DNA of 47,146 nucleotides, taken from the NCBI GenBank assembly GCA_015523565.1, contig WAKA01000009.1, forward strand, positions 1-47,146, in the 5' to 3' direction. Below are positions 29,790-39,229 of the stretch, piece by piece. This DNA is from Candidatus Heimdallarchaeota archaeon. GTDB lineage: Archaea; Asgardarchaeota; Heimdallarchaeia; Heimdallarchaeales; Kariarchaeaceae. The notes under the pieces are model-generated. The model was not told the DNA's origin. It saw only the letters and a program-made list of their open reading frames with translations, and did not search any database. Position 1 is the first letter of the stretch. Each line of letters begins with the position of its first letter. The position numbers were made by a program, and so were the translations under genes.

Positions 29790-31937
29790 ATGCAAGTGGA
29801 CGGACAAAAAAACGATATCAATGAAGAGGTGGTTAACGCCATAAGTGACCTGTTGAACTATTCAACCAAACAGGTAATTGGTGCTGAATTGGAGAGGCTT
29901 CGCCAAACCAAGTTGCAAGCCTTAGAAGTCATTTCCAAAAATTGGGACAAGAAAAAGATGATTGAATACATCTGGGCTGCAATTAAGGACGAAGCTGATC
30001 CTGTCATCAAAAAACGATTGATTTCATTTATTATCCAAAAAAGGGAACTGAAGGCCTTTCCTAGACTGTTCCGTTTTTGCCAAATTGGTGCCATCCCAAA
30101 TGAACTGCAACGCATGATCGGCTCCAACTTTGTCGAATATTATGATGCATGCAAGGATTCTGAAGATATGTTGGAGGACCTTGAACATGCAATTAATGTA
30201 CTGGGCAAGACATTAGTTGCAGAAAAAACCGAATCACTCCCTTTGGCAACATCAATACTTACCCGGTATTCTGCAACTTCAATTATCCGGAAAATTTTAA
30301 CATTTAACATTAAACCGAAAATATTGAGGGAATTGGTCTGGGTAATAGCGCGTAACGAAATTGGTGTTGTGGCTCTTTATGACAATGCTCCAAATATTCC
30401 CTCTGTTGACAGTGTATTGCTGGAATTGGCTCATGCCTTGCTCTTCCCTTATGAAACAAGAAATGGAAGATTCAGAAAACCTAACAAGGCGGTTATTGTC
30501 GATCTTTCATCAGAACGAACTTGGAGTGTATTTCCTGACCTCCCCCCAGTTCTTCAATATCTTGTGCGAAAGACACGAAATGTCCACAGTTCCGAAAACA
30601 TACGGTTGACTGCTATGAAACTTTTGTCACGGACACAGAAAATGGCTATTGATCATCTTTATAGACGTATTCAAGAACTCAGCAGGGATGATTTTGTTTT
30701 GATTGATGATATCCTCGGGAATGATCTATATTTTGACGCTATTGAGTTACCTATCATCGTTCCTAAAGCTTTGCAAAGGATTTTCGCAGAAAAGAAATTC
30801 CATGGGATCTTGGATAAATTCAATTTTGATGATATGTCTATTTCTGAAGTAGACGCGTCTGATATTGACATTGAAGTCATAAGAATGCTGGAACGGGAGC
30901 AACTGGCCAAAGAAGTACCGTTTATTGAGACAAGGATGGAATTGGCTGAAAAAACAGATGACATGGAACTTAAAGAACTTTTACTTGAATTTATGGATGA
31001 TCATGACTATTCCGTGCTTAAGGAATTTTTAGATTCCATTGAGTACAGTCTTTTGACTATTTTGGAACATCACAAGCTTTTATCAGCAACAGTCGAACAA
31101 ATGCAAAAAGGATTTGAACTTGGAAAAGAAGCCATCCTGAATGCATACTTCTCAATTAACCTTCCTGAAAGTTTTTGGAAGGAAGCTCGGTCTCCAAGCT
31201 CCATTCATAGGTATTTAAGCGTCGATGTCGTACGCCAGACTATCTTGAACGTTGCTCAAACAACTTCATCCATTAATCTTCGACAAAAGGCTTTTGAAAT
31301 GCTTTCCCACCCCGATTTCTGGATTCAAGACAACTTTTTGGTTGCAACAAAAGAAACCATTGTCCAAACAACCAGAACCATGTTTCATTTTCTTAATATT
31401 GAACAATCAAGAAAAACTCAAGAAATTTTATTCTCTTTCAGCAATCTGTTTCTTGACTTTTTACAATCGCATGTTGTCGCGGCTCCTGAAGTTGGGGAAA
31501 ATGGCTATCCTTTGCCAAAAAATATCATCATAAATGCCCTCAAGGAAAATGAGGATCAAATCAATCACCTGAAAGACCATCACCTTGGTTTTACCTTATT
31601 CTTACGATACCATTATTTAGTTGACGGGCATTATCTGAAAATTCCTGAAAGGAGCTCTTATCCTCAAATCACCATCTCTCCATTGGTAAGGCACTATCTG
31701 TCTGGTCTTAGTCATCAAGATGCATATTCATCAATGAAATTTTTACTCTCAAAATCTGCCGATGCAAAATTAGAATTCCTTTCAATTGTTGACAAGGCAA
31801 TTAAAGATACAAATACTCTTCTTTCACTTAACCTCAATTCAATCAGGTCAATTTTGGAAGAGATGCTCTCTGAAATGGATACTACTGGCATAAAGGCAAA
31901 AGCAAAGTTCCTTCTCAAAAAAATCGATAACATTTGA
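29790..31937 (+). CDS. Large all-helical hypothetical protein (HEAT/ARM-like solenoid candidate)
   Basis: 715 aa, no TM; HEAT-like segments DEADPVIKKRLI, SENIRLTAMKLL, SINLRQKAFEML, TGIKAKAKFLL. Confidence 0.55.
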   Translation: MQVDGQKNDINEEVVNAISDLLNYSTKQVIGAELERLRQTKLQALEVISKNWDKKKMIEYIWAAIKDEADPVIKKRLISFIIQKRELKAFPRLFRFCQIGAIPNELQRMIGSNFVEYYDACKDSEDMLEDLEHAINVLGKTLVAEKTESLPLATSILTRYSATSIIRKILTFNIKPKILRELVWVIARNEIGVVALYDNAPNIPSVDSVLLELAHALLFPYETRNGRFRKPNKAVIVDLSSERTWSVFPDLPPVLQYLVRKTRNVHSSENIRLTAMKLLSRTQKMAIDHLYRRIQELSRDDFVLIDDILGNDLYFDAIELPIIVPKALQRIFAEKKFHGILDKFNFDDMSISEVDASDIDIEVIRMLEREQLAKEVPFIETRMELAEKTDDMELKELLLEFMDDHDYSVLKEFLDSIEYSLLTILEHHKLLSATVEQMQKGFELGKEAILNAYFSINLPESFWKEARSPSSIHRYLSVDVVRQTILNVAQTTSSINLRQKAFEMLSHPDFWIQDNFLVATKETIVQTTRTMFHFLNIEQSRKTQEILFSFSNLFLDFLQSHVVAAPEVGENGYPLPKNIIINALKENEDQINHLKDHHLGFTLFLRYHYLVDGHYLKIPERSSYPQITISPLVRHYLSGLSHQDAYSSMKFLLSKSADAKLEFLSIVDKAIKDTNTLLSLNLNSIRSILEEMLSEMDTTGIKAKAKFLLKKIDNI

Positions 31938-31940
31938 TCT

Positions 31941-32744
31941 TTATTGATTATAAAGGACAATGAATTTCAGGTCTGGAAAATCATTTAGAATGCTAGTATA
32001 GTCTTTCATATGTGAATAAAGAACAAGCACTGCAACAGGTATTCCCTTTAAATTTGAAACTAGTTTTATTAATGCCCTTATACTGCTTCCACTGTTAACG
32101 ACATCATCAACAATCAAAACTCGCTCACCGTCCTTGATATATTTTTTTGGTAAGAATAACCCTTGCAAGCGGCCATCTGCCGGTTTAAACATTGATTGAC
32201 CCCACTCACTGCGCTCTAAAAAATCGAATGTGGGTGATTTCCTGCAATATACCATATCCACATTTTGTCCCATGCTTGCAGCAATGGCCGCGGCAAATGC
32301 AATCCCATCCACTTCTAAGGTTGCTATCTTATTTATGCCACATTCCGCCAATATGACCTCTCTTCCATCGACAGAATACAGTTTTCTGTAAAGGGCAAAG
32401 TCGATAATGGTGTACAGTGCCCTGGCATCGCTTAAAAGGTATGATACGTCAATCTGCAAATTATTGTCGATCTCAATGATATGTGAATGCTTTTTAATGA
32501 TATTTCGAAATTGAAGTTCCTTGAAATAATTTGAGAGAAGTAAATCCCATAATTCATCCAGCCTTTTGCCTGAAGGGTGGGCTTTGCCTGAAAGATATCT
32601 GGATAGATCCGCTCCTGAAAGCTTTTGTGAAACTTTGGTGTTTATTGCTTCCAACAGTTTTTGTTGGGAATGATATCTTCTCTCTAAATAACGTAGCTTT
32701 GAGACAACCATCAACTTGCGTCTTACTATTGTTTCCGCATTCAC
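31941..32744 (-). CDS. XRE-type HTH fused to type I phosphoribosyltransferase domain (PurR-like regulator)
   Basis: LSRYLSGKAHPS HTH; TLEVDGI, RK, PRPP loop VLIVDDVVNSGSS. Confidence 0.8.
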   Translation of the reverse strand: MNAETIVRRKLMVVSKLRYLERRYHSQQKLLEAINTKVSQKLSGADLSRYLSGKAHPSGKRLDELWDLLLSNYFKELQFRNIIKKHSHIIEIDNNLQIDVSYLLSDARALYTIIDFALYRKLYSVDGREVILAECGINKIATLEVDGIAFAAAIAASMGQNVDMVYCRKSPTFDFLERSEWGQSMFKPADGRLQGLFLPKKYIKDGERVLIVDDVVNSGSSIRALIKLVSNLKGIPVAVLVLYSHMKDYTSILNDFPDLKFIVLYNQ

Positions 32745-32974
32745 CTTTTTAATGGAAAACTTATGTATTATAATTTTCTTCTTGCATACACAAAAAATTG
32801 AGAAATGAAATTCCCAACGTGAAAATTTAGGTCGAACTCTTATATTCTGCCTTGAAATTATTGCAGTTTTTTCTTCACTTTTAGATGAAAATTGATGTGT
32901 TCAAGTGAACTTTTTTAGGATTTTATTGTTGCATCACACCATACATTTATGATATTGTATGCGTAAGGGGTTTT

Positions 32975-34486
32975 GTGGGTAACTCGACCAATCCACTAAT
33001 TCGTTTAATCATGTTCACAAGCGAAGATTGCATTTATTGCCCCCCTGTTGAATCAATAGTGAAAGAAGTGGTGGGAGGTGCCATGAGTGACTTTATTTAT
33101 GTGAACACTGTGGATGTCGATGAAAATCCAGAAGCTGCACAACGATACAATATTTCTAGTCTTCCAACTTTAATGATAAACGAGCAAATCGTTCTTCAAG
33201 GGGGCATGGATGACGACAGTATCAGAGAGATACTCTGGAATACACTTTTGAGTTTGGCAGTTGCCAACAAAGAAAGGTTGGAACGGTCAAAACAATCCTT
33301 GCTCCATGTTGCAGTCAACACTTGGGAATCGTTGACTGGAGAGCGGATGCTAAGGAAAACGTTAGGTGATTTTATTCATTTGGGACCATATCAACTGACT
33401 TTGCTCTCACTTTATAGTCTTGACCCATTGGTTCCCTCAATCCTCTATCAAGCAGGTTATCAACTTGGTCTGTTCGGTCTCATGCACCATCTGCTTAATT
33501 TGCTTGAACCCCGGCTTGGTATGACAATTAAACGAAAGAATAGGCTCAAGTTCATTTGTGATGCCCTTGAACTTTATTACAGCGATCGTGAATTCCTTCC
33601 GACATACGTGGCAGAAAGTGCCGAGGTAACGACCATCAAAGATGACCTATTTGTTATCCAGATCGAGGGTCTGGCGTCTGCTGCCATGAAAATTGACGTT
33701 GGGGAACCAATGTGCGATTTTACAGCAGGAACATTGGCGGGTGTCACAGATTCATTGATGGGTACACAATCCATTGCAGTAGAAACGGCTTGTGCCGCCA
33801 ATGGTGCTCCCCATTGTGAATTTACTGTCTATCTTGATCCCGAAAACCCAAACGAAATCAGGAAAACCCCAAAAGTGGAAGACAAATTGGAAATCAGGGA
33901 ACGAAGACTTAATTTTTATGAAAGCATCCATGAACTTAGCATTAAACTTGAAGATAGCTATTTCATGAGAAAAAGGCTCCGACCATCCATAGGTGACATG
34001 GTTCATGTTAGTGTTTATCAGCCTATTGTCCTTTCAATAAAAATGATGGACGATTATCTTTCCTCCATCCTGTTTTCCGCAGGAAGGGAATTAGGTATCT
34101 TTGGCTCAGGAAAAACATTGCTGTATGACATTGTGCAAGGAATGGAAGGTGAAGGTGAACTGCAACTGCCCATTGAGTTCAATAAGGGGGTTGACATTCT
34201 CCAAAAATACATGACACATCCTACAACCTATTTGGCAAAAGAATGGGGGATTGTCGAGACCAGCCCTCCAGATCCAGACAATCCTGGTGTCAGGTATATC
34301 TCTGTTGGTGACTATGGTCCTGTTTCCGGTGTCCCTGATCTTAATCTGACTCTTTGTGACTTCCTGGTAGGATTCCTTACAGGAAGGCTCTCAGTCCTCA
34401 TTGGTGAAGAACCCCTGATTAGGGAGGTAGAGTGTCAAGGAACAGGTGCACCATTCTGCAAATTTGAAATCAAGCTACAAAGGTAA
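32975..34486 (+). CDS. Thioredoxin domain + two V4R domains
   Basis: CIYC and SLPT thioredoxin motifs; V4R1 PMCDFTAG..ETACAANGAPHCEF; V4R2 LCDFLVG..EVECQGTGAPFCKF; internal repeat RKTLGDFIH / RPSIGDMVH. Confidence 0.85.
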   Translation: MGNSTNPLIRLIMFTSEDCIYCPPVESIVKEVVGGAMSDFIYVNTVDVDENPEAAQRYNISSLPTLMINEQIVLQGGMDDDSIREILWNTLLSLAVANKERLERSKQSLLHVAVNTWESLTGERMLRKTLGDFIHLGPYQLTLLSLYSLDPLVPSILYQAGYQLGLFGLMHHLLNLLEPRLGMTIKRKNRLKFICDALELYYSDREFLPTYVAESAEVTTIKDDLFVIQIEGLASAAMKIDVGEPMCDFTAGTLAGVTDSLMGTQSIAVETACAANGAPHCEFTVYLDPENPNEIRKTPKVEDKLEIRERRLNFYESIHELSIKLEDSYFMRKRLRPSIGDMVHVSVYQPIVLSIKMMDDYLSSILFSAGRELGIFGSGKTLLYDIVQGMEGEGELQLPIEFNKGVDILQKYMTHPTTYLAKEWGIVETSPPDPDNPGVRYISVGDYGPVSGVPDLNLTLCDFLVGFLTGRLSVLIGEEPLIREVECQGTGAPFCKFEIKLQR

Positions 34487-34655
34487 AGGCAAAAAGATGG
34501 ATATTCTATATAAATTTGAAAACCATTCAACTTTAACCACTATGCTTGAGTAACATATAAGAACCTGAAAGTTAATTAGGTAATTATAGGTTCAACATGA
34601 ACAAGGTAGGGGATTCCCACAAACAGAACCCGAACAATTCCTTGAGGCTTTTGAT

Positions 34656-35213
34656 ATGAGCAACAGAAGAAAAATTTTCAAAATAGTCCTCCTCGGCGAT
34701 GGAGCAGTAGGAAAGACCGCACTTAGAACCAGATACCTCGGAGAAGGGTTCAAAAAAAGCTATTCTATGACTATCGGTGCAGATTTTGCGGTCAAAAGGG
34801 TCAATCTCGATGGACACGAAATTGTCGCACAAATTTGGGATCTGGCTGGACAAATCCGTTTTCAGTCAGTGAGGGAAGTGTATTACCAAGGAGCGACTGG
34901 AGCTCTCCTCGTCTTCGACATCACCAGAGGGGATACATTCGAAAACATACCTAATTGGATTACTGAACTTCTTGAAAATAACAATAACAGAGTTGTTCCC
35001 ATGGTACTTATTGGCAATAAGTCTGACTTAAGGGATGAAAACTCAATCACCACTGAAGCTGGTATTGAGTACGCCAAAAACCTCTCACAATGGAGCAACT
35101 TTGAAATCCCCTATGTTGAAACCTCCGCCAAAGAAGGTAGCAATGTCGAGGAAGCTTTCCAAATCCTCCTAAGAAATATCGAAAGCTACTTGGCTAGCGA
35201 AAAAGCGGGGTAA
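34656..35213 (+). CDS. Rab-like small GTPase
   Basis: G1 GDGAVGKT, G2 TIGADF, G3 WDLAGQ, G4 NKSD, G5 ETSAK; RabF-like RFQSV, YYQGA, LVFDIT; no C-terminal cysteine. Confidence 0.95.
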   Translation: MSNRRKIFKIVLLGDGAVGKTALRTRYLGEGFKKSYSMTIGADFAVKRVNLDGHEIVAQIWDLAGQIRFQSVREVYYQGATGALLVFDITRGDTFENIPNWITELLENNNNRVVPMVLIGNKSDLRDENSITTEAGIEYAKNLSQWSNFEIPYVETSAKEGSNVEEAFQILLRNIESYLASEKAG

Positions 35214-35220
35214 AACATTT

Positions 35221-35604
35221 ATGAGCATACGAAGACGAAAGAAAAAAATTGAAATGGATGATCTTCTTCCCGAAGAAGTTGTAGAATCAACTGACGCAAC
35301 CACTGTCGACGAACTGTCCAAAATTGTCAACCAAATAAAACAACAATTGGAGGATGCTGTAAGCAAGTTCGAAACGCTTTCAAAGGATCTGACCGAAAGA
35401 ATTGAGCTATTGGAAAGTGATTTCAAGCAAGTGGCGTTGGCTCTCCAAAAAGCAGGTCAAATTGCCAACCAACAACCCACAGTTCCCACTACCCCTTCAG
35501 TTCCCAGTGGTGCCCCTCCAAGTGGACCATCTCCTGGCGGTCCAAGACCTGCGCCAGGTGGTCCTCGCCCAGCAACAGGTGGTCCCCGCCCCCCAAAACT
35601 CTGA
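35221..35604 (+). CDS. Small protein: basic N-terminus, coiled coil, Pro/Gly-rich tail
   Basis: Starts 7 nt after the GTPase stop; RRRKKK; heptads LSKIVNQIKQQL..LTERIELLE; GGPRP x3. Confidence 0.75.
   Translation: MSIRRRKKKIEMDDLLPEEVVESTDATTVDELSKIVNQIKQQLEDAVSKFETLSKDLTERIELLESDFKQVALALQKAGQIANQQPTVPTTPSVPSGAPPSGPSPGGPRPAPGGPRPATGGPRPPKL
35536..35595 (+). repeat. Three imperfect 21-nt coding repeats (GGPRPAP/GGPRPAT/GGPRPP)
   Basis: ggcggtccaagacctgcgcca / ggtggtcctcgcccagcaaca / ggtggtccccgcccccca. Confidence 0.8.
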
Positions 35605-35618
35605 AATAATTTTTTCCA

Positions 35619-36566
35619 TTAGACTCTTCCCTCTAAATTTTTCTCAATCCAAATTTTCAAAAATTCTCTTAGTTGGCTCACCTTTTTTCTGTTTTTATTT
35701 CCAAAAACTAGATAGGTCTTTAATGGAACCTCATATTTGCTTGGTTGAATCTGCATCTTTGCTTTGTTAAGATCAAATTTCAACGCATCAAATGATGCAA
35801 CAAACAAAAAGTAAATTTTAAACAATTTTCTTGATTTTCCTTCTTTGATCAATTCTGCTTTGGTCAATTCTGTTTTGAAATCTGAAATTTCTATATTTTT
35901 TAATTCTTCTACAGGATATTCAAACATCATCCTTTCTTCTGCACTAACCAATGTTTTTGAAATGACACGTACCCTGTCATTCGATATCCATAATATTTCT
36001 GTTACCATATTATTCTTTTCTTCATCTTTTCCAAATTTCTTCCCAACTGAAATTATAATTAAAATCAAGAAAATCACAATCGGAAATACCGTTCCAAAAA
36101 ATAGAAATCCCCATATAGCGAATTGAAATACCTCATACGGCAAAATATAATTGGTGAAGAAATACACCGTCCCCAAACTTAGGAAATTGAAACATAAAAA
36201 CGTAATTAACATGATGCCTACATACCTTAAATTAATGCTTCCCTCTATCATTTCAATCCAAATTTTCCTAGGGGTTATAAATAAGATTGTGGTTTCATTC
36301 CAATCAATGCACTGCTCTAAAATTCCGAAATTAATCTCTGAAGTACATTTTTCTTTCAACCTTTTTATTTCACTCTTCGTTGCATATCTTATTGAAATAA
36401 TCATTGATAGAATGATCTCTACAAGAATTGGTATTGGCATTGTTGGTTCCATCCCCCAAAAAAACAAAAACAATGAAACAACTATCATCAAGATCGGCAA
36501 TAACAAAAAAAGTGCTTGATATATTTTCAATTCGTTTTCCATCAGCCATAATTCAAAAGAAGACAC
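35619..36566 (-). CDS. Hypothetical membrane protein (about 4 TM helices + soluble C-terminal domain)
   Basis: Two hydrophobic helix pairs; visibly AT-rich. Confidence 0.65.
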   Translation of the reverse strand: MSSFELWLMENELKIYQALFLLLPILMIVVSLFLFFWGMEPTMPIPILVEIILSMIISIRYATKSEIKRLKEKCTSEINFGILEQCIDWNETTILFITPRKIWIEMIEGSINLRYVGIMLITFLCFNFLSLGTVYFFTNYILPYEVFQFAIWGFLFFGTVFPIVIFLILIIISVGKKFGKDEEKNNMVTEILWISNDRVRVISKTLVSAEERMMFEYPVEELKNIEISDFKTELTKAELIKEGKSRKLFKIYFLFVASFDALKFDLNKAKMQIQPSKYEVPLKTYLVFGNKNRKKVSQLREFLKIWIEKNLEGRV

Positions 36567-36688
36567 ATCAAAAAAACAGGTGTTTATTAAAATGTATTAT
36601 GAAAAATTCCTGTACTGATTTTTAATTCCTTTACCTTAATTTTTGGCTTAACACAAAAATCCTTATTCTGCAAATTTCATCTCAAAAT

Positions 36689-37210
36689 ATGAATCAAACT
36701 AAGGAAATAATTCTTGACATGTTTAAGAACATTCAACGAGGAACAGAATACGTCCTGATGGCAATTCCCAAAGACAAACTGGATCATAGGGTCAGCCCAA
36801 ATTCTGCCTCAATCAAGGAATTGGCGTTCCATATTTCAACTATGCCCTTAGGGGCAACTCTCTTCGCCAAGAATCTTTTCGACAAATTTCCAGAGTCCGA
36901 TGTTTTGATGGCTGAATTTGAAAAATATCTTGGAGAATCCATGAAAAACAATGATTTCCCAGAAATGTTCCGAAAATCTTGTGAAGTCTGCATAGAATTC
37001 TTCAATTCCAAGGACTGGCTCAATGAGACATTTTCAAATTTCCTCAACAAAAAGGAAAGAACATATCTCGAAGCCTTCCTGTCCATGCAGAACCATATGA
37101 TCCAACATCGTGGCTCTCTAGTTTCCACCCTCCGCTCAGCAGGAATCCCAGTCACCATGCAACAATATTGGGGAATGAGACCTCTTCAGCAAAAGGAAGC
37201 TTCTCCTTAA
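36689..37210 (+). CDS. DinB/YfiT-family protein
   Basis: IP..KLD.R, SIKELAFHI, NHMIQHRG..V..LR..G (His triad). Confidence 0.85.
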   Translation: MNQTKEIILDMFKNIQRGTEYVLMAIPKDKLDHRVSPNSASIKELAFHISTMPLGATLFAKNLFDKFPESDVLMAEFEKYLGESMKNNDFPEMFRKSCEVCIEFFNSKDWLNETFSNFLNKKERTYLEAFLSMQNHMIQHRGSLVSTLRSAGIPVTMQQYWGMRPLQQKEASP

Positions 37211-37355
37211 TTGTACTGAAAAATTTCATTTAACATTTCCATGTCCCTTTCACTTGAAAACATCATATACTGGTGAATTAAATGCAACCCAATCACTTTA
37301 ATAGTTCAATCATATTGGTAATATGCAATCCTTTGGATTGAATGAGTGAAACATA

Positions 37356-37508
37356 ATGAGTTATTATAAAGAAGAAAGAAAAATGTATGACATGGTCTGC
37401 TCAGACTGTGGAACCGAATCACAAGTCCCCTTCAAACCTGACCCAGATAGGGCGGTTTATTGCAGGGATTGCCTGCCCAACCATAGGGCTCCCAGAAGAA
37501 GATTTTAA
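37356..37508 (+). CDS. 50-aa CxxC-x17-CxxC zinc-ribbon protein (not in ORF track)
   Basis: Hand translation MSYYKEERKMYDMVCSDCGTESQVPFKPDPDRAVYCRDCLPNHRAPRRRF*; family motif VPFKP...R.VYC..C. Confidence 0.88.
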   Translation: MSYYKEERKMYDMVCSDCGTESQVPFKPDPDRAVYCRDCLPNHRAPRRRF

Positions 37509-37595
37509 GAATATCATATGAACAATCCTTTATTGCATAAATATTTTAATTGAATATTTCCAATTTAAACAAAATTTTTTATTTATATAACGGGG

Positions 37596-37635
37596 GTTAT
37601 TCCATAACGATGGCTATTTTTTTTATTCCATAACG
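37596..37635. promoter_or_regulatory. Tandem operator-like sites TTATTCCATAACG x2 upstream of the ibrA-like gene
   Basis: Exact 13-bp repeats at 37597-37609 and 37623-37635; first copy lies in palindrome GTTAT-TCC-ATAAC. Confidence 0.45.
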
Positions 37636-37796
37636 GCACACCTACAATTTGTCATTTAATGGAAATTACTGGATTGACTGTCCAATTAATCCCCATCCCC
37701 TTATTTCAAAGATTGAATCCCCGTACAAAAGGAATTGTCCTTACATTCACTTTTATTTCCCTCTTTCAGAAATCCTATTAACCCTGCAAATAAACT

Positions 37797-39224
37797 ATGC
37801 TTGTGGTTCAACGTGAATATTTCATCGAGGAGCAGGAACTACGCGACCCCGAAGAAATAGACAAGGTTTATCTGGAAACCAATGTGTATGAAGAAACCAT
37901 AAAACGTATTGACTTTATCCTGACTGAATTTGAAGAAATCTGCGTCTCTTTCAGCGGAGGCAAGGATTCGTCGGTTCTGTTGCAGTTGACAATTGAAAGG
38001 GCACGGAAGCTTGGCAAACTCCCCGTGAAGGCCATGTTCATTGATTTCGAAGCACAGTACGAGGCAACAATCAAGCATGTCGAGGAAATGCTTATTGACA
38101 ACCCTGATGTAGAGCCATACTGGATATGCCTTCCATTCAAACTCAGAAATGCAGTCAGTGTCTATGATCCGCATTGGATCTGTTGGGATGAGAGTAAAAG
38201 GCACCTATGGGTCAGGGAATATCCTGAATATGATTGTGTTATCACCAGACATAACCTCCCAAAAGAATGGCATTGGTTTTTCGAAGGCATGGAATTCGAG
38301 GAATTCGTTGTTCCCTTCGGCATGTGGATCAGGGATACGGGAGGCATTATCAGGGAACGCATGGAACTTACCAACACCCTTGACAAAAAAGTCCAGACGG
38401 TTTCCATTGAAGGGCTATTGGCAGATACTTACTCCATGAAAGAGATTGTCCGCCACAAAAGCGAACGAAAAAGGCTAACTGCAAACCTCGTGGCAATAAG
38501 GGCTGACGAATCCCTCAACAGATTCAGAGCCGTTAGACGCCTTAACAATGATGCCAAATACAAGGGGATCAACTGGACAACTAGAATGCGTAAAAACCTC
38601 TACAATGCATATCCAATCTATGATTGGAAAACTGAGGATATTTGGACTGCCGTCGGAAAATTCAGACTGAAATACAACAAGATTTACGATTTCATGTATA
38701 TGGCTGGGACCAGCATCCATGAATCAAGACTCTGCCAACCATTCGGTGACGACCAACGCCAAGGTCTTGACCTGTTCAGGAAAATCGAACCAGAAACATG
38801 GTTCAGACTTGTCCAACGAGTTGCAGGTGCTAATTTCGGAAACATCTATGTCAAAAGCCCCCTATTGGGACATGGCAAAGTGTTCAAACCAGATCACATG
38901 ACTTGGCACGAATATGCAAACTTCCTCCTGAACACAATTCCAAAATATCAGGCACATATCTACAAGGAACGCATTGAGCAATTCCTCAAATGGTGGGAAG
39001 AAAACGGCAACTGGCCACGTGACGAAGTTCCAGACGCCACCCCCCCAAAAACTGACCCAAGATGGTACAAACCTGACGGCACCAAATACAGGAAATTACC
39101 GTCATGGGAACGGATCGCAAAAGCCATCCTCAAGAATGACATTACCTGCAAATCACTTAGCTTTGGATGCGTCATCGGCGGTTACCCACGATACCTTAAG
39201 CTCAAGGAAATGTATGGAGAGTAA
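37797..39224 (+). CDS. IbrA/YbdN-like PAPS-reductase-family (PP-loop) protein with DUF3440
   Basis: SFSGGKDS, FIDFEAQY, WICLP, WICWD, IRADESLNR, YPIYDWKTEDIW, RLCQPFGDDQRQGL, RVAGANFG, PSWERI..ILKND. Confidence 0.9.
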   Translation: MLVVQREYFIEEQELRDPEEIDKVYLETNVYEETIKRIDFILTEFEEICVSFSGGKDSSVLLQLTIERARKLGKLPVKAMFIDFEAQYEATIKHVEEMLIDNPDVEPYWICLPFKLRNAVSVYDPHWICWDESKRHLWVREYPEYDCVITRHNLPKEWHWFFEGMEFEEFVVPFGMWIRDTGGIIRERMELTNTLDKKVQTVSIEGLLADTYSMKEIVRHKSERKRLTANLVAIRADESLNRFRAVRRLNNDAKYKGINWTTRMRKNLYNAYPIYDWKTEDIWTAVGKFRLKYNKIYDFMYMAGTSIHESRLCQPFGDDQRQGLDLFRKIEPETWFRLVQRVAGANFGNIYVKSPLLGHGKVFKPDHMTWHEYANFLLNTIPKYQAHIYKERIEQFLKWWEENGNWPRDEVPDATPPKTDPRWYKPDGTKYRKLPSWERIAKAILKNDITCKSLSFGCVIGGYPRYLKLKEMYGE

Positions 39225-39229
39225 TTCAA

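Noticed and set aside
32899-32910. Palindrome GTTCA-AG-TGAAC in the HTH-PRTase / Trx-V4R spacer
   Set aside because: Only 5-bp arms and a single copy
37579-37635. Mini CRISPR array
   Set aside because: Repeats of 13 bp with 13-bp gap are too short; no cas genes
37797-39224. Assimilatory PAPS/APS reductase or a complete Dnd system
   Set aside because: Lacks CC..CxxC and ECGLH motifs; no other dnd/ssp or sulfate-assimilation genes nearby
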